DNA from: Eledone cirrhosa
Lineage: Eukaryota
Direction of reading: 5' to 3'
Assembly: GCA_964016885.1 (NCBI GenBank)
Contig: OZ024741.1
Coordinates: 203,856,001-203,920,000, forward strand
DNA: 64,000 nt
A program made the translations under genes and the position numbers. Of this stretch, positions 50,865-64,000 are shown one piece after another. The number at the start of each line of letters is the position of its first letter. The stretch's first letter is position 1. Below the pieces are notes generated by a model. The model made no database searches and was not told where the DNA came from. It worked only from the letters and a program-made list of their open reading frames with translations.

Positions 50865-51020
50865 CAGATCTGCCAACCTCTAAAAACCCCCATAACATGG
50901 AGAAATGGGGAGATTTTACATAATGAAAGCTATACTCATTTTCACAAGAGAAGACATCTCTCGCTCACCCCAAATTGGGTGGGAGATCTCCCCGTTGGAC
51001 GGGGAGAGTTAACTGGTCTG
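50865..51020. mobile_element. hAT-like MITE
   Basis: Imperfect TIRs CAGATCTGCCAAC / GTTAACTGGTCTG; TAAACC on both flanks. Confidence 0.5.
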
Positions 51021-51544
51021 CTAAACCCCTCCAAATTCTTAATTATTTTCAAGATTATTTGAAAATCAAAGGCAATACTTTTCATGAAAAATATGGTAAT
51101 GAAGGCGTTAGAGTGATTATATTTATCTAAACACCTTCCGTCATAATTTTATGTAAGAACATTTGTTACATGATATCCCAAATACCAACATAACAATTTG
51201 TTATATTACTAAATCTCTCCAATTATGCTCGGATTATTTTCAAGGTTTTTTTTTTAAAATCATTGGCAGTGTCTTAAATATATATTCCTTTCTCAAGTAA
51301 ATTAATATTGCAAGTATGTGAAACAGTTTCATACACGGGCCCAACTCAAATTAATCTATCGTTTATATTTCCTTTAATACCATCTTTTCTTGCAGGCATA
51401 GCCATGAGGTTAAGGAGTGCTCTTCGCAAGCATGTAGTTCTTGGTTCTGTCCCACAACGAGTGTCTTCTATAGATATGGATTGACAAATACCTTGGAAGT
51501 GGAATTTGGTAGAAACTGAAAAAGTTGTATGTATGTGTATATAA

Positions 51545-52472
51545 ATATTGTTATGTTTGGGAGGGTCATGCTGCCAATAAAAATACACTCACCTGTTGGA
51601 TTTCACTTCAATTTATTATAAACTAGCTGGGGTAACAGCCTTCGCCCGGGAGAAGAGTTAAGAGAAGATGGATAAAAGAGAAAACGACTGTATTGGATGT
51701 GTTGTCTGATGTGAGGTGAGACCGTAATGTGTGTGAGTGTGTGTGAGAGAAACAAAAAAAAAACAATCATAAAACTTCCTTATTAGGCTGGGGGAGTAAA
51801 CTGCCGATTAAATGGTAGCATCGGCCTTGGATCTTAAATGTTGTGAAATAACCATAGTCAGTAAGATCTTTTTCAGGTGAAAAGGACTTCATTAGAAACA
51901 CAGCAATATACCGCATAACATTGCTTCTGAAGTGTTGCTTCGTTAGTACGGTCTGTAAGTAGTATATGGATAAAAGCTGGAGGGTAGATTAATTTCAAAT
52001 AGTATCAATTTTTCTTTGTTCTGTAAAATCAAAGACTGTAAAATGACTTTATAAAAGCTAACGCAATATTGTTAAACCTTCAACTGATACTTTGATCAGA
52101 AGCAATGTTATGCGGTATATTGCTGTGTTTCAGATGACGTCCTTTGGATCTGAAAAAGATCTTACTGACTATGGTTATTTCACAACATTTAAAATCCAAG
52201 GCCGATGCTACCATTTAATCGGCAGTTTACTCCCCCAGCCAAATAAGGAAGTTTTATTATTGTTTTGTTTATGTCTCTCTCACACACATTACGGTCTCAC
52301 CTCACATCAGACAACACATCCAATACAATCGTTTTCTCTTTTATCCATCTTCTCTTAACTATTCTCCCAGGCGAAGCCGGGTACCTCAGCTAGTTTGTAA
52401 TAAATTGAAGTGAAAACCACCAGGTGCATATGTTTTTATTAGCAGCATGGCCCTCCCAAAGTATAACAATAT
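51545..52472. repeat. Inverted repeat with about 380-bp arms, each containing a Helitron 3' end and a RepHel fragment
   Basis: Arms 51545-51930 and 52096-52472; FQMTSFG..FKIQGRCYHLIGSLLP; GGCGAAGCC hairpin followed by CTAGT. Confidence 0.8.
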
Positions 52473-52502
52473 CTGTTTCAACACAAGTTTTCAGATAAGA
52501 AA

Positions 52503-53353
<851 letters not shown>

Positions 53354-53429
53354 CACCCACATATATATATACACACACACATATATATATGTATACACAC
53401 ACACACATTTATATATATAAAGGAGACGA

Positions 53430-53630
53430 TCGACTTTCGTCAAATCGGACCGAGGGAACAATGTTTCCGTTGGTCTTTCCAATGCTAATACTATCTATCG
53501 GTCGCAACTCCAGGTAGAAGGAGCAACGTGAAATAAAGTGTCTTGCTCAAGGACGTAACGCATCACCTGGTCCAGGAATCGAACTCACAACCTTACGATT
53601 GCGAATCCAATTCCCTAACCACACGCCTTC
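53430..53630 (-). mobile_element. tRNA-derived SINE, second family
   Basis: Reverse complement gives GGTTAGGG..GTGAGTTCGATTCC..CCTTGAGCAAGACACTTTATTTCAC. Confidence 0.7.
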
Positions 53631-54019
53631 ACTATATATATCACTATATATATTCACTATATATATATATATATATATATACACACGTATATATAAGGGC
53701 TTTCGAGTTTCATTTCATATTATATACATGTCTGTATATTTTAATTATTTAAAAATTAGTTTTAATTGAACGTGACCCAGCGGGTCACATGTGGTCTAGT
53801 TATATCTATATCAATCCAAGGCCAAGTACTGTGGGTGCAATCGAGATACGCAGCATATACTGGGAATTTAAAACCTGTCGAGGTCCACGACTCTCCACTT
53901 CTGAATATAGCCGAGTTCTTCCAGGGAAAGAGGGAAGAGAGAAAGAGGGGGAAAGAGACTGGAGTGGCACTTCATTGTTAAACTCAGAAGAGAGCAAAGT
54001 TGACCTCAGATGAATGTGA

Positions 54020-54360
54020 ACCTACTGTACCACCCCACAACTACCTATGCCACAACCCCACAACTACCTGCACTACACCCCCACCACTGTTTATATTACC
54101 ACCACGAACACTACCTGTATTACCATACCACCACAACCTATACTGCAACCACTACCTACATTATCACCCCCACCACTACCTATATTGCCACCCCCACCAC
54201 TACCACTACTGCCTATGCTACCACGCTCACCTCTACCTGTACTACAACCCCACCACTACCTATACTACCACCTCTCCACTACTTATAATACTGCCACCCC
54301 CACCACTACCTATACTACTACCACTATCTCTACTACCACCCTACTGCTACCTATGATATA
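54020..54360. repeat. Degenerate CAC/TAC-rich minisatellite
   Basis: Recurrent CACCCCACCACTACCTAT. Confidence 0.75.
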
Positions 54361-54399
54361 TTTCTACCCCAACTACTCAATTCTCATTACCATTTAGAT

Positions 54400-54606
54400 C
54401 AGGCATGACAAACTGACCGCATGTGGCCCTTTACAAGCACACCTGCGGTCCGCACGAAGGTTTTTACAGCGCGAGCATGTTTTATCTTCATAATATAAAA
54501 TTTTTAAAATAGTTGTAATGTGAGCAATTAGTTGTCATGTGTGGCCCTCAGACAACATATATGTGACCCATGTGACCCTTGGGGGACCCTCAGTTTGTCA
54601 TGCCTG
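54400..54606. mobile_element. hAT-type MITE (207 bp)
   Basis: 16-bp perfect TIR CAGGCATGACAAACTG; 8-bp TSD ATTTAGAT/ATTTAGAG. Confidence 0.85.
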
Positions 54607-54911
54607 ATTTAGAGTATATCACTCAATACCATTTAGAGTACAGTGTGATACTTGAATCCATTCAAAGTACAGTGTCACCCTCAGCGTCACCTGTGGGCCG
54701 ATGGAGGGGGCCACGTTTGTCGATTCTTGTGACAAGTGTTCCCGTCGTCTAACCAATGGAACAACCTGTCCACAATATTGCCTGAACATTCCACAGTCTT
54801 ATGTACCCTTCAGGAGCAGCGGAAGCATTTCTGAATTGGGTGGTGGGGTGCACATTTGGTCAATTTAGTTGTTGTGATTTACTTTAGCTGTTATCACATA
54901 TCAACCAAATT

Positions 54912-55102
54912 GGCGGTGGATTGGCAGTATCAGTAGAGCATCAAACACCATGCTTTGCAGCAAAGAGTTATGGCCATTTACGTTCTGGGTTCAAATCCCG
55001 CTGAGGTTAACCTAGTCTTTTATCCTTACGGGGTCGATAAAATAAAGTACCAGTAATGCACTGGGTAATTGCTGGCCTTGTGCCAAAAGAAGAAACAATT
55101 AT
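54912..55102 (+). mobile_element. SINE, full length
   Basis: Same family as 28816. Confidence 0.85.
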
Positions 55103-56039
55103 CAAATATCAACCAAGATATAAAAAAAAACGTTGATATGCGATAAACATAACATGTATATAAATTATAGCACATATACAAATAGATGTGTGTTTTGGTA
55201 GTTTGGGGAGAAAAATATAATTATGGTGTTATGGCCCCTCTCCCCCTCCTAGTTCCCCTGTCCTTAACGTAATTCTCAGTGCGATTCAGCATGACACAAT
55301 ATGTGCAAGGTTTGCCTTTTGAATTTCAAGCGCAACTAATTGTTGTTGCTTTGGGAGGGGGGGTCAGTTGTGAGGACTGGAGGATAATGGGGAAAAAAGG
55401 GATTTTGTTCAAGGACACAACCCTTTACTGTGAATTGAATTGTGAACCAAACACTCTAACCATTAAACCATGTTATGTGGTATTTCCAACAGGTTGTTTA
55501 TTGCACCAGACTCAACAGCATTGAATCGTAAACAGGGATATCTCAGACCTGCATTCTTTTTCAACTGAAAACCACCAACATGAACATCTCAGCCCTCAGT
55601 TCTTCAATCGAAGATCGACAATTGAAAGCTCACCTTAACATCACAGCTCTCTATTTTTCTTCAACTGAAAACCTGTAATTTGATTGAAACAGGGACATTG
55701 CTGTTCTCTACTCGTCGTCAGTTGGTAAACAAGGAACATCTCACCACTTCCTTATTCGTCAGCTGAAGATCTATAATCAATAGTCTTCGTAGATACTGCA
55801 CCATTCTCTGTTATACGACACCATAGACAACTGCAAATACTTCAGTCATGAAAAACCAGGCAGTGGTAGTCTGTAATATTGCAGTTTATGCTTGGAGTTA
55901 GATTCAACATCAAAGACACATGCACCTCAACTGGTTTCAATCTGTAAACTTATGTCAGAATAGAAGAAAATAAGGTAAAATCAATCCATTATGATGGTGG
56001 CGAGTGTGTTGGCTGGTGGATGTGTTGCTACTTCTGTGT

Positions 56040-56360
56040 GAAGGCGTGTAGCTTAGTGGTTAGTGTGTTCGGTTCACAATTGTAAGGTCGTGAGTGCGAT
56101 TCCCAACAACACACCGTGTCTTTAAGCAAGTCAGTTTATTTCACATTGCTCCAGTCCACTAAGCTTTCAAAAAAGAATGGGTAGTACCTGTAATTCAAAG
56201 GGTCAGCCTTGTCATACATTGTGATATGCTGAATCTTCCTGAGTTTTAAGTGAAGGCTACACGTGTGTGTGGAATACTCAGCCACATACATGTTAATTTC
56301 ATGAGTAGTCTGTTCTTCCGTTGGTCGAATCAACTGGAACACACGTTGTCAGAACTAACA
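56040..56360 (+). mobile_element. tRNA-derived SINE, second family
   Basis: A-box TAGCTTAGTGG, B-box-like GTGCGATTCC, TTTATTTCACATTGCTCC. Confidence 0.7.
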
Positions 56361-56431
56361 CAGGTCCAACACTCACACATACACACAAGCACTGCTACTG
56401 CTGCTATATTGGTGTTAGTTTTACGTGTAAA

Positions 56432-56592
56432 AGGCGGCGAATTAGCAGAGTCGTTAGAACGTCGGTTAGAATGCTTTGCGGTATTCATTTTGGCCATCTG
56501 CTCTCTGAGTTTAAATCCCGCCGAGGTCAACTTTGTCTTTCATCCATTCGAGGTCGATAAAAAACGTACCAGTCAAGTACTAGGGTCGATTC
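56432..56592 (+). mobile_element. SINE
   Basis: GGCGGCGAATTAGCAG head and core. Confidence 0.75.
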
Positions 56593-57749
56593 TTCCTCTA
56601 TATCTCTTTCTCACTTCTACTCTCTTACTATCTATCCTGTTCTGGAAGAAATCTGCTGTATTCAGACCTAGAAAGGGATGGGGTCCATTGGGTTGTTAAA
56701 ATGCCCTATAAACGCCATATGTCAATATGGCGCCCCTACGACTCCCTCGGGAGTTACGGGACCATGCCATGCCATTACGTGTAAAAAGTGTTGATAACTG
56801 AACATGAGTACTTCAGAATGTGGTCAGCTCAATTGCTACAAGGGTGGCACAAGGAGTAAGCTAGCAATAAAGATATGTGCCACTTGTAAATCTTTATGGC
56901 TAACACTATAAATGTGAAACAATAATAAGTGGAGTCTCGTTTAAAGTCATTCAAGAGAAAGATTCTTTTATATTCTTATTTACTAAATTCATTCATTCCT
57001 TTATACAGCTACGCCTTTCTTTCGTTCCGTATTTCATTCTATCGGCTTGTTTTGTTTTTCTATGCCTCCCCTTCCTTCTCTTCTACTTCTGTCTTTCTCC
57101 TTTTTCTCTTCCCACTTAGTTTCCTTCGGTATTCTTGACATTTTTTCTTTTTCCTTTTCTCTCTGACGTTTTTTCTTCTTCCTCTTTTATCTATATCCTA
57201 TTTCAATGTTGATAATTCAAACTTCTGTTTCCCCCCTCCCTTTCTGTCTCTCACACACACACTATCCCTGCAGTCACGCCCACACTTACATACTTCCAAC
57301 GCAACTCAAGCCAACCTTCACTATCAGTCCAGTCAACTGTTATCTTAAAGCTAAGCCCCTGCCTGTCTCCGAGGTTCCGTTACTTTAATAATAGTAGTAG
57401 TTGCAGCATTCCACTCATATATCTCTCTCTCTCTCATCCTCCTCCTCTTCAACCTCCAGAGAAGCATTCAGTGTGTGCTTCCTAGTTGTCGCGTATTTAC
57501 TGACTTGTATTTCTCCCTTCAAATAGCATGGCAGTATTAGGAAGTGAAAAGCAACAGCTGTCACCTCACCACACGGTGTAGCTTTAAAGAAAAAAAAAGA
57601 GGAAAAACAGAAGAAAAATTACTTATTTTCTCGAACACCTGCCAGAGCTGTCCCAAGCTGGCGGACGAGTTAACTTCACAACTAATATACCCAGCGACAG
57701 CAGAGTCTGTCATCTCTCCGCTTTACTTTGGACATCCAACTAAAGAATT

Positions 57750-57847
57750 ATGGCAGCAGTACATGAGGGACCCGAATATGGTATCGGTGATTTTGTTTTA
57801 CTATCAGAACTCACCCTCGATAGTTTTATGGACAATTTAAAAACTAG
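57750..57847 (+). CDS. Myo1d: First coding exon of a class I unconventional myosin (Myo1D/Myo1G-like)
   Basis: MAAVHEGPEYGIGDFVLLSELTLDSFMDNLKTR resembles the myosin-I N-terminus (G.xDFVL....x.FM.NL..R); ends at a canonical AG|GTAAGT phase-2 donor; subtype assigned from recalled similarity only. Confidence 0.8.
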
Positions 57848-59730
57848 GTAAGTTTATATGGCTAGTGATATTATTGACAATCTTCAGCCTTTTTTCCTTT
57901 CTTTCCTTTTTTTTTTTTTTTTTGCATACCAGTATTTTCTTTCTTTTCCCTAAGTTAGGGAGTGATTCATAGAGAACATAATTAGTCTGTCAAAGCGCTA
58001 ACAGAATGACCATTATATAATTTCTATTGTTGTCATTTGTGTATAATGCGGCGTTTTGCGACAGGTAAAATACATAAGGTTAATTGTCAATGGAAATATT
58101 AGTTTTTAATGCTGTTCTTGTTTATCGCGATGTCTGAATTAACACAATATCATTTAACTCTTCATTGCTTAGTATCTACTCGAAATAATTGTCGTTATCA
58201 TTATTATAAAATAAAGAAAGCATTATTGTAAGATATCGAATTGTTCATTCAATATATAAAACCGTGTACAAAAAGACATGCAGTTTGGTGAAATAGTCTG
58301 TAGCAAATGTTTACCCCGGTTATCTGTTTAGCAAGGTTGAAGTAAAAATATTTAAGCTTCGATGCCAACCAAAGTCTGCGATTGTCTTTCAGCCAGCTGA
58401 TCGATGTCTACAGACGTGATCTCGGCAGTTTAATACACGAAACCCACGGGGAAAATAAATGCTGTTCTCTTAATATTGTCAGTTCATATTTTTGAATACA
58501 TAGACTAGAGATAAACTTGAGGTGATATAATTAAATTATTAAAAACGTTATCAATTAATGTAAAACTCGATCAAGTTTGTAAATTGGAATGCTGCAGGTA
58601 ATTGGTTGTGAAGCTACAATTGCTAGGCAACTGTTGAATTCACACTGATTTATTATTATTTTTGTCGTAAAATAAGATTTCCATTTGACTGCCAATAAAC
58701 AAGCTTACAATATAACATATTCATGGAAACTGCTTTATCTTTATTTTTGAAAGTAGGGGAGATTTTTAAAATATTGTTGGTGTTTTTGTGGGAAAATTTA
58801 AATAAAACGTTTATTTCGGCGCCTAAATCACTTGACTTTCAACATGCCTCTATTGACACTATGCTACAATGACTTAAATAACGACAACAAATGTATACTT
58901 GGAAACAATATGAACTGACGGTGACAATAGTGGTGAGAGGTGCTGCTGTTGTTATGTCATTTTTTCTCAAGCAAGGTTTTTATTATACGTAACTAGAGCT
59001 TTACATGACTGAGGTAGATGTCACCAGCAAGCAAGGTCATATATATGTCCTGGGGCGGTGTCAAGTTCGAGGTAGACAAGACGTCTCCGGTGTTTAGCTT
59101 CCGATCATTAATTTCTGGAGATGAAGACAGCGAAAGCTGAGTGTATGCTTCTCTTAGATCCTCTGCGTATATTTTTATCCGTAGCAGACTATAAATACAG
59201 TGTAGAATGAGGATGTGAGGGGGATATGATGGTTACACGTGAGCATCTATCTTCATTCGTATATAGAAACGTGTGTTGTGCAGTAGCAATACAGCCTCTC
59301 TTACATCCAAGTCTGCATGTCGCTGTGCACCACACACAGATGCACGTGTATTTATTTACTTAACTCACTCTCCTTATATATAGTCCCTCCTGTATTACTG
59401 GTATTAACATATTTGCTGAGCAAGATATTTCTATAGTCTTTGCCACATTTCTAAAATTATAACAATCTAAAATCATTGTAATAGTTCTCTGTGCACTGCA
59501 TTGCCTTTACACTGCTTTGTCTGCCCACTATACCACCTTCCTACTATACCACCTGCCTACTACACCTCCTCCACCACACCTTACCACCAAATAATCAATC
59601 ACCTGTACACAGACTGAGAGAAGCACACGCGTTGTCTCATATTTTTGGAGTCAAGTTCCTAATTTAGTAGTGATCACATAAATACACTTTCACACTGTTA
59701 TCAGAAAGAAAATTTTGTAATGTCGAAACT

Positions 59731-60060
59731 AATACAGGTTTGAACTGAACTCTCCACACTAATGTAGTTCCAACTGAACTCTCCACACTAATATAGGTCC
59801 AAATTTAATCCTCCAAGTCAATATAGGCTTGAACTTATCCTTCCAACTCAATACAAGCTCAAACTTAACCTTCCAAGTTAATACAGGCCTGAACATAAAC
59901 TTCCAAGCCAATACAGGCCTGAACATAAACTTCCAAGCCAATACAGACCTGAACTTAACCCTCCAAGCTAATACAGGCTTGAGCTGAATTCTCCTAAAGA
60001 GATATAGGCCCAAACTTAACCCTTCAAACTAATATAGGCCTGGACAGAACTCTCTAAAAG
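59731..60060. repeat. 30-bp minisatellite (about 11 units), intronic
   Basis: AATACAGGCCTGAACATAAACTTCCAAGCC-like units at an exact 30-bp period. Confidence 0.85.
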
Positions 60061-60369
60061 TGAGAGGCAATCTTTTCATTGTTACATCAGTTTTCATTTT
60101 CTCGGAGTTTATGTTAAGGAAGTGTTACTACAACACAAATCTTTGAAGCATGTTCTGCAACTCAGTGTTTCATATTCCCTGTGTCTGAGAAACGTTTGTA
60201 ATAGGTTTTTTTAAACATATTATGTGTTCCAAGTCTTTTAACCATCATTTAGTATTTGACACAAAATTAGATTTAGAATTGCACATTAAAATAATCACAG
60301 CTATTTCTCAAACATTAAACTAACTTTACATAGAAATATCAACTTTATCATTAATTATGAAGCAAATGC

Positions 60370-60655
60370 ACCCTGTACACTCTGTAAAGTGGTTGGTGAT
60401 AGGAAAGGCATGCAGCTGTAGAAATTAGTCAAACAAAGGTTTGAGAGGAGCTTTCAGTTGTGTCAAAGACTCATTTGTGCTGCTTTTGTAATAACCTGAC
60501 AATCTCTGATAATCTCTGTAGAGTGTGGGAATGTATGTGAAATTCCGTCCTAGCTGGTCTGAGAGGTCGGTAGCTACAATTATGTGCTGTCTTGTCTGCA
60601 ACGATCCAGCTAACCCTTGCTAACAGGGAAAATAGACATTAAATAGTGATGAGGA
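60370..60655 (+). mobile_element. Degenerate SINE-like element of a third type
   Basis: GTGGTTGGTGATAGGAAAGGCATGCAGCTGTAGAAA ... GACATTAAATAGTGATGA; recalled resemblance to an octopus repeat. Confidence 0.4.
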
Positions 60656-60931
60656 TTGAAGATATTTTTGGTCATCTATAATAAAATATGAATTATCTGA
60701 CAGTCACAAAATATATAGTTCAATTACCCACTTAATGACCATTCCAAACGTCTACTGCAATATCACTGCAATGATATTTGGGAGAGCTGGCAGCCACAGC
60801 TTCATCATAGCAATAGGTCTGTTATAAAATTTGTTAAAATAAGATTGATACAACTCACTTCTCTCAAAACATACATGTAATAATCACAGTTTATATAATG
60901 AATATTATTTACATATAAATACAATATATAT

Positions 60932-61152
60932 AATTGTTTCTACTTTTGGCACAAGGCCAGCAATTATCTCTACATTACTGATGCTTTATTTTATCGACCC
61001 CGTAAGGAATGAATATTATTTACATATAAATAACATATATATCATAAATTTTATTTTTAACTTTGCCTTTCATCCTTACGGGGGTCGTTAAAATAAAACA
61101 CCAGTAATGTACTGGGGTAATTGCTGGCCTTGTGCCAAAAGTAGAAACAATT
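60932..61152. mobile_element. Inverted pair of SINE 3' halves
   Basis: Minus copy 60932-61010 and plus copy 61059-61152. Confidence 0.8.
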
Positions 61153-61564
61153 ATTTACATATAAACATAATTTGTATATTGAATATGATTTGCAAATAAA
61201 ACAAATCAATAGAAATTAATCAGAGAAAAAAAGGAAAGAAAATGGGAGATGGTTGAACACAACAGGGAATGTTTGTGTTTCCCTTTTAAAAAAATTGAGG
61301 CTAGTCAAGACATCCATGGCACTACCTCAGGTGGTGGTGGATCCTTCAATTACACACCACAAAGAATATTGATGTTTCCTTCGAAAATGTTTAAGGCAAG
61401 ACAAGACAGTCACACAAATTATTAATGTCTTTATTTTGTTATGTTTATTTATTTACTTTGCTGCCCATCATTAAATAATAATAATAAAATAATAATGAAA
61501 CTATTGTGTACAGTGCTCAGGTGTACTACAACTCGTCAAAGGTGCATCTATAGTACATAGAATA

Positions 61565-61685
61565 ATTATTTCTACTTTTGGCACAAGGCCAGCAATTATC
61601 CCAGTGCATTACTGGTACTTTATCGACCCTGGAAGGATGAAAGGCAAAGTTAACCTCGGCGGGATTTGAACTCAGACCATAAAGG
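61565..61685 (-). mobile_element. SINE
   Basis: Reverse complement of SINE core. Confidence 0.8.
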
Positions 61686-61959
61686 TCTCTCTCTGTCCAT
61701 TAATTCTGCTGATATACCATTGATTACGATATTCTTCCCAAGTAATTTCAGAAATATACTATTTGTCTATCCTAGAATATTTATTACAAATATACAAATA
61801 AGTACACCTCATTTCATCACTAAGTTAACCCTCTTGTTACTATATTTCTAATGTAAGACACTGCCTATGGTTTTCAAATAATTTTCAAAATAATCAAGAA
61901 TTTGGAGTTATTTTGTAATAAAACAAACTTTCTTATCAAGCTGATCTTTGGAACTAAAT

Positions 61960-62235
61960 TATAATAGTTTCTACATTTGGCACAAGGCCAGCAATTTGAA
62001 GGGAAGAAGGAAAGTTGATTAAATCGATTCCAGTGCATGACTGGTACTTTATTTAGCAACTCCATAACGGTGAAAGGCCAAGCTATATTAAATTATAATT
62101 GTTTCTACTTTTGGCACAAGGCCAGCAATTACCCAGTATATTACTGGTACTTTATTTTATCAACCTCGTAAGGATGAAAGGCAAAGTTAACCTCGGCGGG
62201 ATTTGAACTCAGATCGTAAAGGGACGTAACTATAA
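61960..62235 (-). mobile_element. Two adjacent SINEs
   Basis: Reverse-complement cores at 61960-62085 and 62096-62235. Confidence 0.8.
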
Positions 62236-62879
62236 ATTATAATGGAAGATTTTTAAAAAACATTTTAATCTGTTCAATACCAAATTGCCTCAAACTGCCT
62301 CTGTTTCTATAATACAAAACTGTATATTTTATGTAAAAACTTTCCATCATGGTTTTATGTAGGAACCTTTATACAGCTAAGTGCTTCACCAAGTCTAAAT
62401 CTAGTGCTGGCTGAACTGTATTCCGAGAAAATTCTAGACATTCTCTTCTTAATTCTGTTTGTCATCTAAAAGTAAATACTGTTGATATTTCTCCCTTCAT
62501 TATTATGTAGGTGTAATTCATCTTTATTTTTAAGTTTACCTGCCAGCATTAGCCAAACAAGTGTTAATCTGTTGGATCAGAACTTGTTTGGATACAAAAT
62601 AGACAAGCTAAATCTGTTTAAGAAATTCCTTACAATTTACAATATCATTTTAGGTTTGTTTGTTTAATTTATTTTCTTGCAGTAAACTAAATGCAGCTGT
62701 AAATATTTTAAAACTTTCTTTTCCTAAGATGTTAGATTATGGGGAGGGTCAGGCTGCCAAATACCCAAATAAAAAATCATCAAATCAGCTCAAGGAAACA
62801 ATGTTTATAGATCTTTCCATTTCTGACACTCTTTACTGGTTATAACTCCCAAAGGAGGAGAGATTTGAACAATTTTGTT

Positions 62880-63030
62880 AATCCACTGCTCCTGGACTAA
62901 TACTTTATTTATCAATTCTGAAAGAATGAAAAGTAAAGTTCAAATTTCAATGAGATTTGAACTCAGTGCTGTAAGCCAAAACAAATACCAAGACATTTAA
63001 TCTGCTACTCTAATAACTCTGATAATTCAC
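62880..63030 (-). mobile_element. Degenerate SINE
   Basis: TACTTTATTTATC..GAATGAAAAGTAAAGTTC..GATTTGAACTCAG. Confidence 0.55.
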
Positions 63031-63764
63031 AATGTTAGATTAATTCATTGAAATAATATAATAATCCTGCCATTATGGTCTTTGTAGAGAAGAAACTCAG
63101 GTACAGTAAGACCTTAACAACCATATAGTCTATTGACTCTATAAGCAGCGAAATTGCAATTAGTATCAAGTTTGAAACAATGTCTAGCTCTCTACCTTCT
63201 TTATCTAAGATTCATGTTAATCTTTTTCATATTAATTCACCTGAAATCACCTCATGTTCTATGATAAAAATCTGTCAATTTTAAAGTGTTTATATATTAA
63301 AAAAAAAACTTCCTTCTTACTAAGAACTTTTGCTATTAACCAGCTTAATAACGAGAAAGTTAGTTATATTACTAAATCTCTTCAAATTCTTATTTTTAAA
63401 TTCTTATTTGAAAATCATCAGAAATATGGTCACAAAAGGGTTAATATTAAAATGTAAGAACCTTTTAAGTTATGCTCCAAACACCAGCTTAAAAAAGGAA
63501 AAGCTTAAACGCTATATCAGGGATATATATTGACTAATATAGATTATAGCTGTAAATTACCTGAAAGGGCTATGTAATGAACAGTAGGTGAACTTAAGGA
63601 TGCTTATCATTACAGGTGGGTAGATCTATTTCTATAGAGATTGGTAACCTCTTAATATCACTTAGTGGTGTGTAACTACCTCCACCACCACTGTACATCC
63701 TGGGGAGATTAGAACAGAATCTTAATAAAATTAAGGACAATAGTGTTTATGGTTTAATTATGAT

Positions 63765-63870
63765 TTCTAATTTTGGAACAAGGCTAGCAATTTTCTGGGA
63801 TGGGAATATATTTTATCTACTAGGTTGATGAAAGTAAAGTTGATATCAACAGGATTTAATCTCAAACTTA
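63765..63870 (-). mobile_element. Degenerate SINE
   Basis: ACAAGGCTAGCAATTT..GATGAAAGTAAAGTTGA. Confidence 0.5.
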
Positions 63871-64000
63871 ACCCTTTAGTATTTACATTACTCTATATAT
63901 ACTATTATATTTTCGTGGTAAAGACTTTCTCACATAATATCAAATTTAGGAAATTTTGATATTATTTATTTTGAGAACAATACCTTAATATCAGTATGAG

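Noticed and set aside
54000-54397. Mucin- or extensin-like ORFs
   Set aside because: Open in all three frames over low-complexity repeat; no splice or homology support
56040-56115. tRNA gene
   Set aside because: A and B boxes are present but continue into a SINE body; no proper acceptor stem seen
57544-57840. 98-aa ORF as a gene
   Set aside because: Shadow frame overlapping the myosin exon
59759-60013. Decapeptide-repeat ORF (FRPVLAWKFM)
   Set aside because: By-product of the 30-bp minisatellite, antisense within an intron

Overview
Eukaryotic, repeat-dominated window. The abundant SINE (TTTCATCC..GGGGTCGATAAAATAAAGTACCAG) suggests an octopod or other coleoid cephalopod (inference). 1-28.8 kb is an almost gap-free array of retrotransposons joined by (ATT)n microsatellites: six R4/Dong-like elements (REL endonuclease, all minus strand), three Tx1-like elements (APE endonuclease, all plus strand), and a Ty3/Gypsy LTR-gag-protease fragment with a -1 slippery site and pseudoknot. 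29.5-32.2 kb is a 29-bp satellite that switches to a 58-bp dimer. 34.4-48.9 kb is a second chain joined by (TATG)n, with plus-strand RTE elements (one starting with an HDV-like ribozyme candidate) and minus-strand R4-like elements. 49.7-55 kb holds a CRE-like fragment, hAT MITEs and two long inverted repeats. The only host gene recognised is the first coding exon of a class I myosin (Myo1D/G-like, 57750-57847), followed by a SINE-rich intron. All transposon pol/ORF2 frames are disrupted, and some frameshifts may be consensus errors. Boundaries were read by eye; no searches were run.
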